Shown piece after piece: positions 26,710-35,238 of a DNA stretch of 35,238 nucleotides. The DNA is taken from the UHGV virus genome UHGV-0365687. One strand, written 5' to 3'. How positions within the stretch are numbered: the first letter of the stretch is position 1; every line of letters begins with the position of its first letter. Origin of the DNA: a virus. A model generated the notes under the pieces. It saw nothing but the letters and a program-made list of their open reading frames with translations, was not told the origin of the DNA and ran no database searches. Made by a program: the position numbers and the translations under genes.

Positions 26710-29466
26710 GTTTCCACTGGTCAGGCCACCCCGCAGCAGGTCTGCTTTGCGGCGGGCGCGTTCAGTGGTTTCACTGATTCTCTGTGCGTGCTCTGCGTCG
26801 CGGATGGCGCGCAGCATGTCAGAAAGCACGGTAACGGGGGTTTTCATGGTGTTCTGGTCCTGCTGAAGTGTGGATGCCAGGCGTGCGGCGGCTTCAGGGT
26901 CTGATGCCCCCAGCTGTGCCAGATAGCTGGCGATCGGGTTATGGCGGATCTCCGTGCTGCTTACGCCATGATTACGGCTCAGTCGCTGCCAGAGCTGCGT
27001 GATTCGGCTGTCCGGGCGGGTATCCGGTTTGCGTACAATTTCAAATCCCTGCGGTGCAATGATGCTGCCGTCAACGTACAGACTGCCGCCCCGTAACAGG
27101 TGCTGCATCTGTTGTTCACCGATATGCAGGCCGAGAGATTCAGCAGACTCCCGCCATTCTTTAGCGAGTAACTCGTGGTTATCAGGCAAAGGCCGCTGCT
27201 GTTTGCGGCTCTGTGTCCAGTTCTGCATTTCATCGCTGCTGTTTTTTGCCTGTTTGTCACGAAGCGAACGCATCAGCGCCCGGCGTTCGTGCCGTTTCAG
27301 TGAGCGCATCCATTCATTTACTTCAACGCCGTCAGGAAGCTGCGGCCACGGTGCTGGCCGTTCTTCCGGCTGTTCTGTCCCGTTGTTGCCTGTTTCCTGT
27401 ACACGGGGACAGTTATTGCCACGAGTCCAAGGGGCGGCAGGGCCGCCCTGAAGGTCAAAACCATTTTCGCGGGTGCTGTCTTCCGCTTCCGGTTTACGTC
27501 TTACCAGCTTCCAGTTATCCGGATGCGTGCACACACGGGAGGATTCCCCGATGAGTGGCGACCAGATCCCGTAAATCTGTACACTCTGTTCGCCGTAATC
27601 GTTCAGCTCATCGGCGAGATCGTAGGCGGTGCGAATCAGGTAGTCTTTGCGTGGAACAAGTACGCCGCCCTGTTTTTCAATGTAGGTGGCAAAACATCCG
27701 GCATCAGCGGCAGCAAGAACCGCATCCATTGCGTCATCCTTCAGCCGTTGCGGGCCTTCCGGGTTGCGAGCCATCTGGCTGGCAAGGCGGCGCAGTTCAC
27801 GCCATACCTGACGGGAAGGGATGCCAAAGAACTGGAACTGGCGGACCCGGTGAAGACGTGCCCAGCCGATGGCACGTTCCACGCTCTCGGCCATTGATTT
27901 TCCGGTTTCGTGGTCAACGCGTGGCTTGCCCGTTTTCGGGTCGATGCCATCCACGGCGCGGCTGTCCAGGTTTTTTCCGATGTAGGTGGCGATATAGCTG
28001 GTCGGTGTGCCTTTTGAGCCGTCGACATACTCCACTTTAAAGCGCGGAGTAATATCATTGCCCAGCTCGTGGCGGTCTTCCTGAATGGCAATATCGCGGG
28101 TGATGGCCACGATGCTGTCGATTTCTTCCGGATGAGCAAAGACCATCATATGCCAGTGCACGGTGCCGTCATGGTGAGGCTCCACCGTGCGGATGCCATA
28201 CCAGCGCAGGCCGTCGCGATTCAGTTTTTTGCGGACCGCCGCAAAAAACGTGTTAACCAGGTAATCGCTGGAGTCGCGCATGGTGGCCCCGTTCCATTTG
28301 GGGTTCGGATGACCATTCTCCGTTGTTGCGTGGTATTTTGACGGGCAGGTGACAGTCAGAAACACCGCTTTGTCGCCACGGGCTTCGGCCAGAAGTTCCA
28401 GCCCCTTCATGGTGGCCATCATTTCTGCCTTACGGTGAACCGGGTTACTTACTCCCGCGTAATACACTGTCTCGAGATCAATCGTGAACCCGTCTTCGTT
28501 TTCCAGCATGAAACTTTTCAGGAAATCGCGTGTTTTCTCGCGCTGTGCGCGAAACTCGCTTAACGCGTCCTGGCTCAGATAGGGTGATGTTTTTCTGGAA
28601 ACCAGACAGGCGGCGCGGAGTTGTTCTTCTCTCCACTCGCAACGTAACAGCCACAGTTTGCGTTTCCACCATTCCGCACAGGTCAGGCGAAGGATTGCGC
28701 CCGGCAGCAGCTCCGTGTCCGGTTCGTTCCCCCGGTCTTTATCTGTTGTCAGTGCGTCATAATGTGGAGGCATGATGTGCAGGTGTAACGCCATGCGGGC
28801 CAGCATCTGATACGCCTTCAGCGTTACATCCATGGTCAGTTCGCCATCGGTCGCGCCAAAGCCATCGCAGAGTTTTTCGAAGGTGCTGCTGAACATCGCC
28901 GCCGTCATGGTGGCCAGCGTCTGTATCTGGTGTTTGTTGAGCTGCGGCAGGTAAAGCAAATCGTCCAGGCGTTCGCGTCCGGCAAGGGAGCGATAACCCG
29001 GTGTCAGCCAGTGTCCGTCAGTGCGATCCAGACGTTCGAATATTTTGCGCAGGGTTCCGCGTGCATAGCGTTCCGCCTGCCAGCTCTTTTTGCCTTTCCG
29101 GCGATCGGCTTCCTGTTTTTTGCGCAGGAAGGAGAGGTGGCGAATAAGCGGATCGCGCAGATAGGACGGCAGCAGGCGCAGCGAGGCCATGGCTTCATCC
29201 ACCGCGCCGCGTGCCTGTTTTCTGGCGTCTCCTGCCAGTGTGATGGTTTTGTCCTGTTTTTCCTGTGCGTCCAGGCTTTTATTAATCAGGTTGCCCAGTG
29301 GCGTGGCGGAGAACGCCGCATCAGCCATTTCCTGGCGGCGCTCGTTCTCTACCCGGTAGGCATCCAGCCAGGAGGAAAGCGCGGATTCAGGAGCGGGGAT
29401 CCCCGTTCCTTCACGCCCCACTGCGTGGCGCGGTTGTTGCCAGTCCCTGATGTACTCTGCCGTCAT
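26644..29466 (-). CDS. A: replication initiation endonuclease A (HUH rolling-circle initiator)
   Basis: 940 aa with HWHMMVF HUH motif, P2 A-like. Confidence 0.88.
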   Translation of the reverse strand: MTAEYIRDWQQPRHAVGREGTGIPAPESALSSWLDAYRVENERRQEMADAAFSATPLGNLINKSLDAQEKQDKTITLAGDARKQARGAVDEAMASLRLLPSYLRDPLIRHLSFLRKKQEADRRKGKKSWQAERYARGTLRKIFERLDRTDGHWLTPGYRSLAGRERLDDLLYLPQLNKHQIQTLATMTAAMFSSTFEKLCDGFGATDGELTMDVTLKAYQMLARMALHLHIMPPHYDALTTDKDRGNEPDTELLPGAILRLTCAEWWKRKLWLLRCEWREEQLRAACLVSRKTSPYLSQDALSEFRAQREKTRDFLKSFMLENEDGFTIDLETVYYAGVSNPVHRKAEMMATMKGLELLAEARGDKAVFLTVTCPSKYHATTENGHPNPKWNGATMRDSSDYLVNTFFAAVRKKLNRDGLRWYGIRTVEPHHDGTVHWHMMVFAHPEEIDSIVAITRDIAIQEDRHELGNDITPRFKVEYVDGSKGTPTSYIATYIGKNLDSRAVDGIDPKTGKPRVDHETGKSMAESVERAIGWARLHRVRQFQFFGIPSRQVWRELRRLASQMARNPEGPQRLKDDAMDAVLAAADAGCFATYIEKQGGVLVPRKDYLIRTAYDLADELNDYGEQSVQIYGIWSPLIGESSRVCTHPDNWKLVRRKPEAEDSTRENGFDLQGGPAAPWTRGNNCPRVQETGNNGTEQPEERPAPWPQLPDGVEVNEWMRSLKRHERRALMRSLRDKQAKNSSDEMQNWTQSRKQQRPLPDNHELLAKEWRESAESLGLHIGEQQMQHLLRGGSLYVDGSIIAPQGFEIVRKPDTRPDSRITQLWQRLSRNHGVSSTEIRHNPIASYLAQLGASDPEAAARLASTLQQDQNTMKTPVTVLSDMLRAIRDAEHAQRISETTERARRKADLLRGGLTSGNKKQTETGLTNPVNEQKTRSDI

Positions 29467-29472
29467 AGTGAT

Positions 29473-29838
29473 TTACTTCGTCATGCCATTCAGGGTGTCG
29501 CGGCAGACTGTAGCCAGCCGCTGAATTTCCAGCACGGTGTCTTCTGTGTCGGCATGGCGATGTGTGATGCGGATGCTGTCGGCAATCACATCGACGATTG
29601 CAGAGGATGGGCGCTGGTAAATGCCAATAACGGACGGGGTGCCACCTTCAATGCGGTAAAGCCTGTAATTTCCCTCGTGGCTGTCAATCATGTAGCGACC
29701 ATCAATAACAATCTTTCCGTCAGCGAGCTGCGGTACAGGCAGGGATTTCAGGTACATGTCATAACGATCACGCACGCGAGCGGCAAGATCACGCTCTGTG
29801 TTGAGCAGGTATTCAAGAAAGTCGTTGGCGAGAATCAT
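29473..29838 (-). CDS. hypothetical early protein
   Basis: ORF track, operon context only. Confidence 0.5.
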   Translation of the reverse strand: MILANDFLEYLLNTERDLAARVRDRYDMYLKSLPVPQLADGKIVIDGRYMIDSHEGNYRLYRIEGGTPSVIGIYQRPSSAIVDVIADSIRITHRHADTEDTVLEIQRLATVCRDTLNGMTK

Positions 29839-29910
29839 TGCGGCAATCCTCTTGTTACAGATGTGCGAAGGCCTCCCGCCGCAAGGTGCAGGAAAGGCCC
29901 GGAACAGGAA

Positions 29911-30141
29911 TTAATGGAGTTTGTTTTGCTGCTGGATGAGCTGCTGAAGCTCGCGCAGATCATCCGCCAGATAACTGAAAACAGCGGATGAGTAGAGGTT
30001 TGAAAGTTCGCAGCTACGCTCATGCAGCATATTGATGTGCATGATTTTAGCGACACGGAATGCGCGGGAAAGTCTGCGGTTGATTTCAGTCTGGATGTGA
30101 CGACGCTCCGCGATAGCGCGGTGCTGTTTGCGGTTTGCCAT
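29911..30141 (-). CDS. hypothetical small basic protein
   Basis: ORF with AAAGAGG RBS. Confidence 0.45.
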   Translation of the reverse strand: MANRKQHRAIAERRHIQTEINRRLSRAFRVAKIMHINMLHERSCELSNLYSSAVFSYLADDLRELQQLIQQQNKLH

Positions 30142-30461
30142 GGGGTGGCCTCTTTGGTTGTAAGTTTTGAAAACTCACCATCCAGAGCTGCGAAACTGTG
30201 GGTGGCGAGACGTACGGGGTTCGCAGTACCGGCAACCAAAGAACCCGGCCCGACCGAAGTCGGCCCCGTACGCCCCGCCATAATTCGTGTGCGAAAAAGA
30301 CGTGGCAATACAGTACGCACAAAAAAACCGCTGGCGCGGTTGTGCGCTTTGGTTGTCAGCAGGCTGCGAAACCCGGCACCCGTTTTATGAGGTGCAGCGG
30401 AAATGTAACCTGACTGATTGCGGCATGGCAAGCGGTTTTTTTGTGTGTGCATTATGATCAC
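30142..30461 (-). ncRNA. 320 bp non-coding, highly structured leader/intergenic element (candidate cis-regulatory RNA or sRNA)
   Basis: No credible ORF; nested inverted repeats (30211-30219/30264-30272, 30151-30160/30233-30242, 30321-30332/30431-30442). Confidence 0.25.
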
Positions 30462-31022
30462 TCAGTTTGGTAATAGCTCGTACAGTGCGGCGTCAGCAGC
30501 GACTCGGCGACCGTAAAGAGAACGTGCTGTGCGAGTGGTGATTTTTATTTGCAGTGTGTGATTAATGTGTTTTGCTATCATGGCGAACGTCATGTGCTGC
30601 TCATCATGTAGTTCAGTCACCAGTTCTACCAGGTGATCGCTGTATTTGGTCAGGTGATGGAGTTCCCCGCATTTTTGTAGGCTGTAACCACGTTTATTCA
30701 GGTGTGCTTGTACGGTGCGAGGGGTGCATCCCGCCTCGGCGGCCAGTTCCCGCGCTGTTCTGGCGCGGCGGTTTTCGATGAGAAAGGCGATCTCTTTTGC
30801 ACTCAGTGTCTTTTTCTTGCGGCCAATCAATCCACGATCACGTAAAAAACTAAGTCGGTGCATAACTGCGTCATGGGTTCGTTGAATTCGTTCAGTTATC
30901 TGGTGCGTGTTGCACTCCGGATAAAGCGAGATAAGCATTTCATCTTCCTGTTGTGTCCATGGCTTTACATGTGCCGGAGCCACGCCAGGTGTACCCATTG
31001 GTTTGAGTTTGAAGTTGTGCAT
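30462..31022 (-). CDS. HTH DNA-binding early protein (possibly replication accessory, B-like)
   Basis: 186 aa, helix-turn-helix-like segments; family not recognised with certainty. Confidence 0.5.
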   Translation of the reverse strand: MHNFKLKPMGTPGVAPAHVKPWTQQEDEMLISLYPECNTHQITERIQRTHDAVMHRLSFLRDRGLIGRKKKTLSAKEIAFLIENRRARTARELAAEAGCTPRTVQAHLNKRGYSLQKCGELHHLTKYSDHLVELVTELHDEQHMTFAMIAKHINHTLQIKITTRTARSLYGRRVAADAALYELLPN

Positions 31023-31138
31023 ATTTCTTACCCCGTTAGTGGTGGTGCTTTACACGGCGTATAAACCGCGGCGGTGGCACCACACTTCAAACATTCGTTT
31101 CACAATTTCGCGACAGTAGTAGCCATCGGTATCTCTCG

Positions 31139-31438
31139 TCAGGTCGTAGCGATTGCCATAACGCTGGCGCATCCATCGTTCAAAGGCTTTGTGCATGCTC
31201 TGGCTTCCTTCAGTAGCTGGTTAAACATGAGGGTTAGTGGGTTGCCACACCCGAACGGCATCGGGTTTACCTGGTAAGAGAACCGACCACCTGTTTTGCG
31301 TTCTTCTCTGATGACTAAGCCGCTGCGCCAGAGTCGGCGTAACTCCGCATTAATAGCTGTGGTTGGGGTATTCAGTGCTGCGGCGATTTCTCCGCCACTA
31401 CACCCCGGATTGGCGGCGATATAGTCCAGAATGGTCAT
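31139..31438 (-). CDS. winged-helix-like small DNA-binding protein
   Basis: 99 aa, operon context. Confidence 0.45.
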   Translation of the reverse strand: MTILDYIAANPGCSGGEIAAALNTPTTAINAELRRLWRSGLVIREERKTGGRFSYQVNPMPFGCGNPLTLMFNQLLKEARACTKPLNDGCASVMAIATT

Positions 31439-31638
31439 CTTCGTGACTCCTGTATCTGTCGGATAAGGTTCACCTGCACCACATTCGTGGCGCAGAAGTA
31501 TGTGTCGTCTATGAGATAAATGTGATGCGCGTCAGGTTGCGAACGGTGACGGTCGAGCGTTTTAATCAGCCGTTCGTCAACTTCGTATTCACGCCCTCTG
31601 GAGGTGAAACGAATGACGGTAAATTTCTTAATTGCCAT
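31435..31638 (-). CDS. hypothetical protein
   Basis: 67 aa, overlapping start/stop with neighbours. Confidence 0.4.
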   Translation of the reverse strand: MAIKKFTVIRFTSRGREYEVDERLIKTLDRHRSQPDAHHIYLIDDTYFCATNVVQVNLIRQIQESRR

Positions 31639-31964
31639 TACGTTTCCTTAGCCTGGAAGGCCTGCACCATTTGATGCAGGCGGTACATGGTGCGAAAGCG
31701 TGGGCGAGTTCGATTGTTGGCGTCAGAACCATTAACGCGGTTAAGCCAGCCGTAGCCATACCAGCGGTTAGCTACCCACACCTCAAAGAAGTTCTCGCCG
31801 TAATAAAAAATCGCGTTATGCCGATTCACGGTTACGAGTGAACCTTCACCCAGTAGTTGTTCTAATGCCCCATCCCATGACGCACTGAACGGGCGATAGT
31901 AAAAGCCGGTTGCGGTCCTGATGATGTGGCCCAGCAGGGCCACGATGTATTTCAGTCTCTCCAT
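31638..31964 (-). CDS. hypothetical protein
   Basis: 108 aa, operon context. Confidence 0.45.
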   Translation of the reverse strand: MERLKYIVALLGHIIRTATGFYYRPFSASWDGALEQLLGEGSLVTVNRHNAIFYYGENFFEVWVANRWYGYGWLNRVNGSDANNRTRPRFRTMYRLHQMVQAFQAKET

Positions 31965-31976
31965 TGCGTTATTCCG

Positions 31977-32351
31977 TCAGTCAATGAAGCGGACTTCTTT
32001 TTTATTAGCTTCCAGAGCGGGGTTGGCAGAGATCTCCTTAATTAAGAGTTTCTCCTGGTCTTTAGACTCGGCTACGATGATGTAAATTTTGTCGTCAGCA
32101 ACAGCGAGGCGAACTCGCTTGCCGATATTGGTGGCTGGCGAATTTTCTTTTGTTTGCTGTGCCCTGATAACTTCCAGCTCGGCAGCCTGTTTTTCGATGA
32201 TTTCAGCGGCTTCAGTAGCAGTTTTGGCGATTATTAATGAGAGAGTTGCGGTGTCCATGTGGCCATTCGCCATGGCTTCTTTTGCTACTTCACCTTGCAT
32301 ATCTGCGATTTCATTCAGGTTGTGAATAATGCCTTCTTCTTTTGCGTACAT
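31977..32351 (-). CDS. hypothetical protein
   Basis: 124 aa, operon context. Confidence 0.45.
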   Translation of the reverse strand: MYAKEEGIIHNLNEIADMQGEVAKEAMANGHMDTATLSLIIAKTATEAAEIIEKQAAELEVIRAQQTKENSPATNIGKRVRLAVADDKIYIIVAESKDQEKLLIKEISANPALEANKKEVRFID

Positions 32352-32444
32352 TTTTGTATCTCCGTTATTTACGTGTGCGAACGCCTCCGCGAATGCGGAT
32401 GGTTTTCATGTTTTCGTATTTAATCTTGTGTTTTGTTTATGCTG

Positions 32445-32558
32445 TTATTCGCCAGTGAAAAAACGTTCAATCTTTTTTACTGAATGAATAATTCGCATAA
32501 TACCAATTACGCAAACCACCGAAAAAATCAGAACAAGCCACGAAATAAATATATTCAT
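32445..32558 (-). CDS. small hydrophobic peptide (37 aa), translationally coupled to the upstream ORF
   Basis: Manual translation MNIFISWLVLIFSVVCVIGIMRIIHSVKKIERFFTGE; ATGA overlap with the stop of 32555..32797. Confidence 0.35.
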   Translation of the reverse strand: MNIFISWLVLIFSVVCVIGIMRIIHSVKKIERFFTGE

Positions 32559-32797
32559 GCGATATTCCCCAGCTTATACGGTTCAATATGTTCCCCGCAT
32601 TCTGCTGCGCAGATAAGCTCGGAAAGTTCGTTAAGTGCATCCAGATCATCAGCGTAAAAAGCCACGTCATACAGACTCCGGATTGCCCTGGTCAATGAGT
32701 CACGGGCTGCACGTTCAGCATGAGCGCCTGATGCACTTAAGCGAAAATAAAAACGCTCAAGTGCTTTGTTAATGAGAGTTTTATATTCTTTGCCCAT
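32555..32797 (-). CDS. hypothetical protein
   Basis: 80 aa, operon context. Confidence 0.45.
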   Translation of the reverse strand: MGKEYKTLINKALERFYFRLSASGAHAERAARDSLTRAIRSLYDVAFYADDLDALNELSELICAAECGEHIEPYKLGNIA

Positions 32798-32808
32798 CGC
32801 AACACCCT

Positions 32809-33087
32809 TTAATCTGCTTTCTGAATTTCAGCTTCTGAATCCATGCAGATAATTTCGATATAGGGTTCATCGCCATTAATCTGACGTGCCTTTTCAGCTT
32901 TGTTAATGATTTCGCGTACGGTCTGGTACGGAAGTTCCACAAACAATCGCGTGCCGTTCAGATAAAGGTAAGTGGCCACATCTTTTTCTGCCGGGACTAC
33001 AGCATCAATAGCTGATGCGCGTAACAACAACTCACCGCGAAAATCAATAAAACGGATAAATACACCTTGTGCATGCTCTTTGGTCAT
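32809..33087 (-). CDS. hypothetical protein
   Basis: Start refined to MTKEHAQGVFIRF; operon context. Confidence 0.45.
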   Translation of the reverse strand: MTKEHAQGVFIRFIDFRGELLLRASAIDAVVPAEKDVATYLYLNGTRLFVELPYQTVREIINKAEKARQINGDEPYIEIICMDSEAEIQKAD

Positions 33088-33097
33088 AAAGCACCTG

Positions 33098-33439
33098 TTA
33101 TAAATCAGCCTGTTTAATAAAACTTTGTCCGCGAAGCAGACGATCAACCGTGCGTAGTGCTTCGTATAATGTGAAATCCTGCCCGAACTGATTGTCGCCG
33201 CAGCTCAATGCAAAAATGCGGTTTCCGGTAAACGGATTGCGTGGGCATTTGTGAACCACGATTCCAGCTTTCTCAATCAGCCAGGCATGCTCGCCGATTT
33301 GTTTTACAGCGTGGCCATCCGGTGTTGCGTGTGTTTCGCTCAGGCTGTAGCGAGAGCTGCTGCGTGATGCACTGGTGGCGAAACGGTTAGCGTGGCGTTC
33401 AGCCCCATTACGAAAGCGTGAATTACGTTGCTGTTTCAT
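33098..33439 (-). CDS. hypothetical basic protein
   Basis: 113 aa, second gene of early operon. Confidence 0.45.
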   Translation of the reverse strand: MKQQRNSRFRNGAERHANRFATSASRSSSRYSLSETHATPDGHAVKQIGEHAWLIEKAGIVVHKCPRNPFTGNRIFALSCGDNQFGQDFTLYEALRTVDRLLRGQSFIKQADL

Positions 33440-33457
33440 ATCAAAACTCCCTGCATC

Positions 33458-33784
33458 TCATGCAGCAAAATTAAGGAAGCCTAATCCCAAATCTTCCGCC
33501 AGCTTCTTGGCTTTCTTAAGCCAGTGATTGCGCCAATCTTTACGCTCAGGAGGAAGCTGTTTCGTTGCGTCATAGACCATTTCGAGCCACTCATTCCAAA
33601 GGATGAGAAGACGGCGCGAACTCCCTTCCTCGCCTAAAACCTCGCGCTCAGTAGTTAGAGGGATGAGTCGACGCTCTACCAACTTTCTTACGGCTGATTC
33701 GGTCTTACCTGTGCGGCGGGAAAACTCATCGACGGTGATGGGGTCTGGGATCTTAAACAATGCCCTCAATAGTTCTTCATTCAT
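33458..33784 (-). CDS. cox: Cox-like excision/regulatory protein (first gene of early operon)
   Basis: Start MNEELLRALFKIPDPITVDEFSRRTGKTESAVRKL (HTH), divergent from C. Confidence 0.6.
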   Translation of the reverse strand: MNEELLRALFKIPDPITVDEFSRRTGKTESAVRKLVERRLIPLTTEREVLGEEGSSRRLLILWNEWLEMVYDATKQLPPERKDWRNHWLKKAKKLAEDLGLGFLNFAA

Positions 33785-33879
33785 GTGATAATCTCCCTGT
33801 TTGGGGTATTTCTTGCGACGGATGCCCCAAATCAAACTCATTTGTATAAACATTAATACAGACGTTGGAGAATTGCAAC
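33785..33879. promoter_or_regulatory. lysis-lysogeny switch region with divergent promoters; inverted repeat tttgggg-N18-ccccaaa (33800-33831)
   Basis: Position between cox and C; palindrome and tataaa-like element read directly. Confidence 0.45.
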
Positions 33880-34182
33880 ATGCGTATGACTATTGGAGAG
33901 CGCATAAAAATCATGCGTGAAAGCGAGAGACTTACCAGCCTCCCGGATACAGCAAAAATGCTTGGTTTAAACCGTGATGCTCTGTGGAGATATGAAAGCG
34001 GTAAAACTATCCCTAATGCTGAAGTAATTGAGCAAATACTAAACAACCCCAGATTTGAGAAATATGCGTTGTGGTTTATGACTGGGAAAATTGCGCCTGA
34101 ATCCGGGCAGATAGCTCCGGCTCTCGCACACTATGGGCAAGAGCCAACGGACTTACCCCCATCCGAAAGGAAAATTGGCTAA
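33880..34182 (+). CDS. C: immunity repressor C
   Basis: Start MRMTIGERIKIMRESE with GGAG RBS; FMTGKIAPESGQIAPALAHYGQ resembles the P2 C C-terminal region. Confidence 0.8.
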   Translation: MRMTIGERIKIMRESERLTSLPDTAKMLGLNRDALWRYESGKTIPNAEVIEQILNNPRFEKYALWFMTGKIAPESGQIAPALAHYGQEPTDLPPSERKIG

Positions 34183-34248
34183 CCCTTTATTATTCTTACG
34201 TTTTACAAACTGGAAATGTCTTTCCTCGTTTCACCGGAGGGCTTGCCA

Positions 34249-35238
34249 ATGGCAATTAAAGCGCTCGATGGTGGACGGTATAAAGTGGATGTTAGACCGC
34301 GTGGCCGAAGTGGACGTCGGATTCAGCGGATTTTTAAGAAAAAGGCAGATGCAGTGGCCTTTGAGCGTTATGTTCTCAGCCACATGCACGATAAGGAATG
34401 GCTTGAAAAGCCAACAGAGCAACGTCATCTCTCAGATCTGCTTCCGTTATGGTGGGAATTGGGTGGACGCAATAAGCCATATGCTAACGGCGTTCTAACC
34501 AGGTTGAAAAAAATCATCAAAGAAATGAATGATCCAAGGGTTAGCCAGATTAATGCTCGTTTCATGGCCGCTTATCGAAGCTCCCGTTTATCCTTGGGAG
34601 TAAAAGAGTCTACTGTTCGGCGTGATGAGTCGGATCTCGGAGGAATGTTTACACTCCTGGCAAATGCCGGGGAATTTCACGGAGAAAATCCGCTCCGCGC
34701 CCTCCCCTCTTTGAAACGAAAATCACCCGAAATGACGTATCTCACCACGGAAGAAATCGCCAAATTACTGGATGCAGTAAGCGGTGATGCCCGGCGGATT
34801 ACGCTACTTTGTCTCAGTACTGGGGCGAGATGGGGAGAAGCGAAAAATCTGCGCGCGGAACACATCATCAATAATCGCGTGACGTTTAACAAAACTAAAA
34901 ACGGAAAAGTTCGAATTATTCCTGTCTCTGATGAAGTTGTTAGTGAGATCAAAACAAAGAAATCCGGCCTTTTGTTTGACGTCAATTATGAGGAATATCG
35001 CAAGGTGCTTCGCAGTGTTAAGCCAGACCTACCAAAAGGACAGGCTGTACATGTTCTACGCCATACCTTTGCTGCTCACTTTATGATTAATGGAGGAAAT
35101 ATACTTACGCTCCAGCGAATTATGGGGCACGCTACGATCCAGCAAACTATGACCTATGCGCACCTCGCTCCTGATTTCCTCCAGGATGCAATTTCACTTA
35201 ATCCGTTAAAAGGAGGCATCCACATTTCATCCACATAA
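34249..35238 (+). CDS. int: tyrosine integrase (P2 Int-like)
   Basis: Start MAIKALDGGRYKVDVRPRGR with GGAGG RBS; C-terminal HxLRHTFA...Y catalytic region; stop at window end. Confidence 0.88.
   Translation: MAIKALDGGRYKVDVRPRGRSGRRIQRIFKKKADAVAFERYVLSHMHDKEWLEKPTEQRHLSDLLPLWWELGGRNKPYANGVLTRLKKIIKEMNDPRVSQINARFMAAYRSSRLSLGVKESTVRRDESDLGGMFTLLANAGEFHGENPLRALPSLKRKSPEMTYLTTEEIAKLLDAVSGDARRITLLCLSTGARWGEAKNLRAEHIINNRVTFNKTKNGKVRIIPVSDEVVSEIKTKKSGLLFDVNYEEYRKVLRSVKPDLPKGQAVHVLRHTFAAHFMINGGNILTLQRIMGHATIQQTMTYAHLAPDFLQDAISLNPLKGGIHISST

Noticed and set aside
29835-30461. 208 aa minus-strand ORF spanning the structured non-coding region
   Set aside because: Overlaps a well-supported downstream gene in a different frame and has an Arg/Ser/Thr-rich low-complexity translation; the nested inverted repeats are better explained as RNA structure.
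1-35238. CRISPR arrays, tRNA/rRNA genes, insertion sequences
   Set aside because: No arrays of regularly spaced repeats, no tRNA-like cloverleaf candidates and no transposase-like ORFs were seen; the only repeats are those listed above.

Overview
The window is almost entirely a P2-family (Peduovirus-like) myovirus prophage, running from the ogr end (left) to the integrase (right; the int stop codon is the last 3 bases, so the attachment site beyond int lies outside the window). All calls rest on reading the supplied six-frame translations and the raw sequence against remembered protein families; no database search was run. Recognisable modules: a hok/mok-like type I toxin locus at the far left; ogr and D (minus strand); FI-FII-E/E'-T-U tail sheath/tube/tape-measure block (plus strand, with an E/E' -1 frameshift site); a Gin/Pin/Cin-family DNA invertase carrying an in-frame premature stop, next to an intact ~3 kb invertible tail-fibre segment bounded by gix-like inverted repeats; H-I-J-W-V-S-R baseplate/tail genes; spanins, M15-type endolysin, holin; X-L-M-N-O head genes (minus) and divergent P-Q terminase/portal (plus); a cos-proximal accessory region with two Ead/Ea22-like paralogues and a ParM/ParR-like module; replication gene A; an expanded early operon of small ORFs; cox, C repressor and int. 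I found no single large novel gene; the most unusual points are the parMR-like cargo at the tin/old position, the inactivated invertase, the orientation of the FI-U block relative to its flanks, and the hok-like locus. No tRNA, rRNA or CRISPR array was seen.
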